Positions 49,593 to 54,493 of a stretch of DNA of 54,493 bases are shown in pieces. The first letter of the stretch is position 1; every line of letters begins with the position of its first letter. The position numbers and the translations under genes are program-made. The DNA comes from an uncultured virus (IMG/VR IMGVR_UViG_3300042486_001633). Its lineage: Duplodnaviria > Heunggongvirae > Uroviricota > Caudoviricetes. The stretch lies in IMG/VR virus record IMGVR_UViG_3300042486_001633. One strand, written 5' to 3'. The notes beneath the pieces were generated by a model, which saw only the letters and a program-made list of their open reading frames with translations, was not told the origin of the DNA and searched no databases.

Positions 49593-51680
49593 ATGGCAGT
49601 TACTCCATTAATTAAACCAGTACAAGACAAAAAGGGTATTTTCTACAACTTTCAGAGTGCGCTAGAAGACATCAATATTACTTTAAGTAATAGTGAGAAT
49701 GCAGTGCGCTTTTCAAAATTTGCTCTTCTTCGTATTCCGGAAATAGGTACTCCAAACACATTAGCTACTGATAATAAAATTCAGTTTTTAGCTCAAGGAG
49801 AAACACCGCTAATTGATGGTTTAAATCCAGACAATAACGTAAATCTTGCACAAAGCTTTCAAAATTACGCATTAAACTTTGAAGCGTTACTTTTAAATCG
49901 TCCACAATATAAAAGAGACGAAAAATTAACGATATCTGAGCGTGTTTTTTGGAAGTGGGTAAAAGAGCTCGGAGCAATCAGATTTCAGGATGCAAATGCC
50001 CTAGAGAAAAATACTGCAGTTTTAGGAACCACTCCTAGATTCGTAGAAAAAACAGAAACTAGTTCTACTTATAAACGAGTAGTAAAATACATTGGTGATA
50101 TCGATGTAGTAAACTCCTTAAAATCAAAAGACAATTCTTACACTGAAATTTATATCCATGTTCCAACTAACGTTGGTACTACACCACACGTATTATTTAA
50201 GTCAGTTAGCGATTATAACTATTATGAGAACATGACAGTTGCAAACAATGCAGCAGACCCTCTAAATATCGAATATCTAGCTGGAAGAAAATACAATGAG
50301 ACTCACCCGTTTGGACTTTCAATGAAAGCATTTTACGATTTAGATGACTCTACTGTTTTTGCACAAATCAAAAATACTATTCCTGATACTTATGCTCCAG
50401 GAAACTGGTTTACCCAAACTATTCGTAATGCATACTATACAGACAGTGTATTTAATATTGCAGCAGATCAAGTAATTTCAAAGCAATCTGGTTTATTTAC
50501 AGTAGAATATTTAAGATCTAAACTTGATGGAATCTCTCTAGATTTTGATCTTGCAAATTATAAATTAGCTTCTGAAAATCCAGAAATAAAAGTATTTGCA
50601 CAGTTTAACGATTATGTTGCAAACCGCGACTTTGAATTTAATGCTGTTCTAATTTATTATGATACATACGATCCTAATAACCTAGATACAAATGGACTAC
50701 CTGTCGATTTTAGAACAAATCTATATGGTGTCCTTTTCCTAGATAAAATACAACAGAGTGGACTTGAATATCAAATTCCAGTAATTCAAAAATTCAAGCC
50801 AGATCCTTTAAATAAAATCAATGGAAACGCGTTCTCATTTAAGATGAACCTTAAATTAGATACGTCAATTGAGAATGTTATTGTTGAAAAATCAATAAAT
50901 GACTACTCTACTTTTTCATTAGAATTATTTACTGATGTTTTAACTCAATTCAAACAGTTACAACAACGATACAATGATAAGTTATTAGATCTTGAACAGC
51001 TTCGCCAAGACGTAGAAGGTCTAAAGGACTTATTAATTAATACTGAAGATCAAAACGAATTAAAAATTAGAGTAACTAATTTGGAAACGTCGGTTGCTGC
51101 AAGTACTGCATTATTTGATAACACAAATGCTGTTGTGCAGATGATAACTAACGTAAACCAAAAAGTTGACGATATTATTAATGGTGATTCAAACATCACC
51201 GTGTCATATGACTTAGATACGGTTCGTCCAGGCGAAGGTATTTCAATTGATCGTAGAACTCCTAATCGTATTAGAGTAGTAAATACTAATCAACAATACA
51301 ACATCGCACCCAATTCTATTACTAATATCTTTACAAATAACGTATTGGAATTATCAAATTTCACTAACTACTTTGTTCACCAAAATAGTGGAGTACAAAC
51401 AGTATTAGTTAGAGACTTGGAGATATTTATAAATGATACAACTATTGCTTGGAAAAAAGGTCAAGTTGTAAGATTAGTATTTGATGACGAACTAGTTGCA
51501 GACGTATATAACGTAAAAATTTATACTGATGCTTTAAATAAAAAGAATACTGGAGTGTATGGAGTAAATATTGCCGTACTAAACGACTTAGATTTTCTTC
51601 CATCACTAAATAAACCAATATTCGATATTGTATGTATTGATGAAACTCTACTTACTTTTAGAATCGATAAAATAAGATAA
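49593..51680 (+). CDS. putative structural protein with coiled-coil segment
   Basis: 695 aa in the late cluster, with a heptad-like region near LEQLRQDVEGLK. Confidence 0.7.
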   Translation: MAVTPLIKPVQDKKGIFYNFQSALEDINITLSNSENAVRFSKFALLRIPEIGTPNTLATDNKIQFLAQGETPLIDGLNPDNNVNLAQSFQNYALNFEALLLNRPQYKRDEKLTISERVFWKWVKELGAIRFQDANALEKNTAVLGTTPRFVEKTETSSTYKRVVKYIGDIDVVNSLKSKDNSYTEIYIHVPTNVGTTPHVLFKSVSDYNYYENMTVANNAADPLNIEYLAGRKYNETHPFGLSMKAFYDLDDSTVFAQIKNTIPDTYAPGNWFTQTIRNAYYTDSVFNIAADQVISKQSGLFTVEYLRSKLDGISLDFDLANYKLASENPEIKVFAQFNDYVANRDFEFNAVLIYYDTYDPNNLDTNGLPVDFRTNLYGVLFLDKIQQSGLEYQIPVIQKFKPDPLNKINGNAFSFKMNLKLDTSIENVIVEKSINDYSTFSLELFTDVLTQFKQLQQRYNDKLLDLEQLRQDVEGLKDLLINTEDQNELKIRVTNLETSVAASTALFDNTNAVVQMITNVNQKVDDIINGDSNITVSYDLDTVRPGEGISIDRRTPNRIRVVNTNQQYNIAPNSITNIFTNNVLELSNFTNYFVHQNSGVQTVLVRDLEIFINDTTIAWKKGQVVRLVFDDELVADVYNVKIYTDALNKKNTGVYGVNIAVLNDLDFLPSLNKPIFDIVCIDETLLTFRIDKIR

Positions 51681-51687
51681 AAATTAA

Positions 51688-54492
51688 ATGGAAGTTAAAC
51701 ACACATTATCAGACGTTTTAAAAAGACTTGTTGTTGATATCGACAACATGAACTCTTTTTTGTATAGCTTAGAAAACGTACTTGAATCAAAGTCAGAAAA
51801 TGTAAATGTTAGCCAAACAAATAGTGATGGCTCAAAGTATTCCATTAACGTTCCATCTTTTGGATATTTAAAAGGAAAAATCGAAGATATTAATACTCGA
51901 TTTGAAACTTTACTTTCAACAAATAGCGATGTTATTGGAATTAAATCTGCGAATGGAGACGTTCGTAAATTTGAATTAAAGAAAACATCACAATTATTAC
52001 AAGAATTAGAGAGCATTTCAACTGCTTCGTTCACCTTACCTACTGAATTTGGAGTTAAGAACAACTGGTTCTTTGAATCATTTTTAAACCCATTACTTTA
52101 TGTAAACTTAGATATTTCAGGAGTTTTAACTGATGATATTGATAGTTTCGTAGTAAAGAGACTAATTGTAAACTCAGTAAATAACGATGATATTGCTACC
52201 TTCTTTGATAACAATTACAAAAACAGAAATGATATTTCATTAGAGGCATTAAAACTTGACCTTGATGATAATTCAATTGACTATTTTGAAGACGATAATA
52301 TCGTCGATGTTCAAACTGCAATCAACCGATATAAAGGATCATTCGATGTATTGCGTATTCTTGAAGAAGAAGTAGCTCAAACTTTAACAAATCAAACTGT
52401 TACTGTAGTTAGACGTCGTTATAAATTAAGCAGCTTAAACTATACTGACGTTCTTTCTGGTGTAAAAAATACTAGAATCCTAGCTGAGGGAGATACCTTA
52501 ATTACTTCAAATGATTCTGAATATAAAGTAACAACAGTTGACAAAACAAATACTGAAGTCGTATTAGAAAGAATTTTTGGAATTGATCCAATTACAATTG
52601 GTGCAAGCATTCTTAAAATAAAACCAGTTCCTTATCGTGAGCCTAAATTACAAATTAATGTAGGTTTCAATGAGCGTCAAATCCTTTTTATTAAACCTAT
52701 TAGTAAAGCCAAAAACTTAACAGTTGATGACTATTCAACTGGAGTTGCAGTTTATACAAATGATCTTACTATTCCATTACCAGATAACACTACTGCTACT
52801 TTAGAAAATTATTATACAAATTTTGTTTCTGATTTTGGTTTAATTCTATTAAATATGGCAAAAGAGCGTAAACTACCTGCGATTGTTGCAAGTACGCCTA
52901 CTGCTCCTACCTTATCTACTGCAAACTTTAGTGTTATTCAAGTAGATCAACACATACAGGACGATAAGAATGTCACCCAAGTTCAAAACACAATAAAAGA
53001 AAAAGCAACTACTGAAAAAGAAATTCAAGAGTTGAATAAAAAGATCGATGACATTAAGTCAACGATTACTACTACTGCTAAGTCTGAGCCTGAGGTAAAA
53101 CGACTTAAAAAACAATTAACTGAAGTTCAAAAAAATAGAGATGAAAAAACAGTTAGCTTATCGACTGTTGTTACTAACCTTACTCTACAGATTTCCACTA
53201 CTCCTCAATTTGTTGTACCTAAAAAATATGCAGTTCGAGGATTTTGGCAAATTCCTAGTCCAGTTAAAACAGTATATGGTGAACAAAACATAGTTCAATT
53301 TAAGTATCGTTACAGATATTTAAGTCAATCTGGAAATCAGCCTACTGCTCAACAACAAACGTTTGTAGATGAAGATGGAACACAGAGATCTGCTTCATTT
53401 TCACCATGGAAAGAAGTATTAGGCAAGCCACGTACTAAATCATTAGATCCAACAACCGGTTTATATGTTTGGGATACGGAAAATGTTGCTGATTCGGAAG
53501 TTGTAAATTCTAATCAATTAGATATTACAATCCGTAAAGGTGAAATTGTAGAAATACAAGTAAAATCCCTATCTGAAGCTGGATGGCCTGATAATGCTGC
53601 TGAATCTGCATGGTCAAATTCAGTGCAAATACCTTTCCCAGAAAATATTTCTTCTGAGGAAGAATCTACAGTTATTACACAAAGAGCATTTGCAGATAAG
53701 ACTAAAATCGATTTCGAAAGGAGTTTAATTGCTAGAGGATTAGATACTCACTTAGCACATCAATTTACAACTGGTGAAAAGTTCTTTGCACATACAGCTG
53801 AGGATATTTCAAGTGGATTCTTTACGGATCAAGGCAACGTAATTAATATGTACGAGCAGATTAAAGCGTTAAGATCTACCGTGGAAAGTTTACAACAAGC
53901 AATCGCATCTGACAATGGAGTTATTAAGCTTAGTATCATTGACCCAGACGGAAACACTACTGAGGTTGCAAATGGTGATACAATTAACCTATTTGCTGGT
54001 TATTATAGAGACTTAATTAAGGACACTACTGGCGGAACCACTGTTTATAACGAAGGTAGAATTGTTACAAAACAATATGTAATTTCAATTCAAAATACAT
54101 CAGCCAGTACGCTTGAACTTATTTCATTCTTATTTGGTGGAGTTGATGAGCTTTCGCTTGGTGTAGATTCGCTAGGTAATCCGATTGCCACTGATCCGAA
54201 TGGATACTTAACTTCAGATTATCACGTAAATCGTCGTTACGATATTGTACCAATTGGTGTAAATAAAAATGCAACACCAATTATTGGTAATTTTAAACAA
54301 GCTGCAAGCGCACAATCTGGACAAGTAAAGAGTCAATATCTTACAAGTCGTATTAAAAATTACGGACTTTCAGAAGAGCTCTATGCTGATACAAATAATG
54401 GTTCAACTACCCCATCTTATCCAGCAACTGGATATATTGCCGCTGGTTATTATGCTAGCGGTTATACATGGTTAGGTCGCACAATTGGTACT
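51688..54492 (+). CDS. large putative structural protein, truncated by window end
   Basis: ATG 51688 (MEVKHTLSDVLKRLVVDIDNM...) appears open to the window edge. Absent from the track because it has no stop. Confidence 0.8.
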   Translation, partial: MEVKHTLSDVLKRLVVDIDNMNSFLYSLENVLESKSENVNVSQTNSDGSKYSINVPSFGYLKGKIEDINTRFETLLSTNSDVIGIKSANGDVRKFELKKTSQLLQELESISTASFTLPTEFGVKNNWFFESFLNPLLYVNLDISGVLTDDIDSFVVKRLIVNSVNNDDIATFFDNNYKNRNDISLEALKLDLDDNSIDYFEDDNIVDVQTAINRYKGSFDVLRILEEEVAQTLTNQTVTVVRRRYKLSSLNYTDVLSGVKNTRILAEGDTLITSNDSEYKVTTVDKTNTEVVLERIFGIDPITIGASILKIKPVPYREPKLQINVGFNERQILFIKPISKAKNLTVDDYSTGVAVYTNDLTIPLPDNTTATLENYYTNFVSDFGLILLNMAKERKLPAIVASTPTAPTLSTANFSVIQVDQHIQDDKNVTQVQNTIKEKATTEKEIQELNKKIDDIKSTITTTAKSEPEVKRLKKQLTEVQKNRDEKTVSLSTVVTNLTLQISTTPQFVVPKKYAVRGFWQIPSPVKTVYGEQNIVQFKYRYRYLSQSGNQPTAQQQTFVDEDGTQRSASFSPWKEVLGKPRTKSLDPTTGLYVWDTENVADSEVVNSNQLDITIRKGEIVEIQVKSLSEAGWPDNAAESAWSNSVQIPFPENISSEEESTVITQRAFADKTKIDFERSLIARGLDTHLAHQFTTGEKFFAHTAEDISSGFFTDQGNVINMYEQIKALRSTVESLQQAIASDNGVIKLSIIDPDGNTTEVANGDTINLFAGYYRDLIKDTTGGTTVYNEGRIVTKQYVISIQNTSASTLELISFLFGGVDELSLGVDSLGNPIATDPNGYLTSDYHVNRRYDIVPIGVNKNATPIIGNFKQAASAQSGQVKSQYLTSRIKNYGLSEELYADTNNGSTTPSYPATGYIAAGYYASGYTWLGRTIGT

Positions 54493-54493
54493 A

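Noticed and set aside
51684..52064. 126-aa minus-strand ORF
   Set aside because: It is antisense to the long plus-strand gene starting at 51688 that the track missed.

Overview
This 54.5-kb AT-rich, gene-dense window is from a large T4-like (contractile-tailed, probably jumbo) bacteriophage using the standard genetic code. A Bacteroidetes host is likely, inferred from the Hc1-like protein, the Flavobacterium-type NrdAB and A-rich leaders without Shine-Dalgarno sites. Mostly minus-strand blocks encode replication, recombination, repair and nucleotide genes: an N-terminal half of PolB, UvsX, gp41, gp46/47, gp32, RNase H, NrdAB, a gp56-like dCTPase, dCMP deaminase, a gp42-like thymidylate-synthase homolog, UvsE and a NEIL1-like glycosylase. 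They also encode GroEL, GroES and a ribosomal protein S1-like protein. Plus-strand islands carry virion genes (tail tube, collagen fibre, tail sheath, large baseplate-like proteins), a RuvC-like resolvase and a gp55-like late sigma factor. Notable features beyond the ORF track are: (1) a promoter-associated, strand-specific ~85-nt structured element at the divergent switch at ~44.2 kb, a candidate ncRNA or origin primer; (2) two recurrent promoter classes plus a leaderless variant; (3) a probable 2H-phosphoesterase gene whose core has been replaced by a GH73-like gene; (4) a possible cytosine-modification pathway; and (5) a shared (S/L/Y)F-x-x-F-x-x-E leader motif on late proteins. All family assignments come from motif recognition, not database searches.
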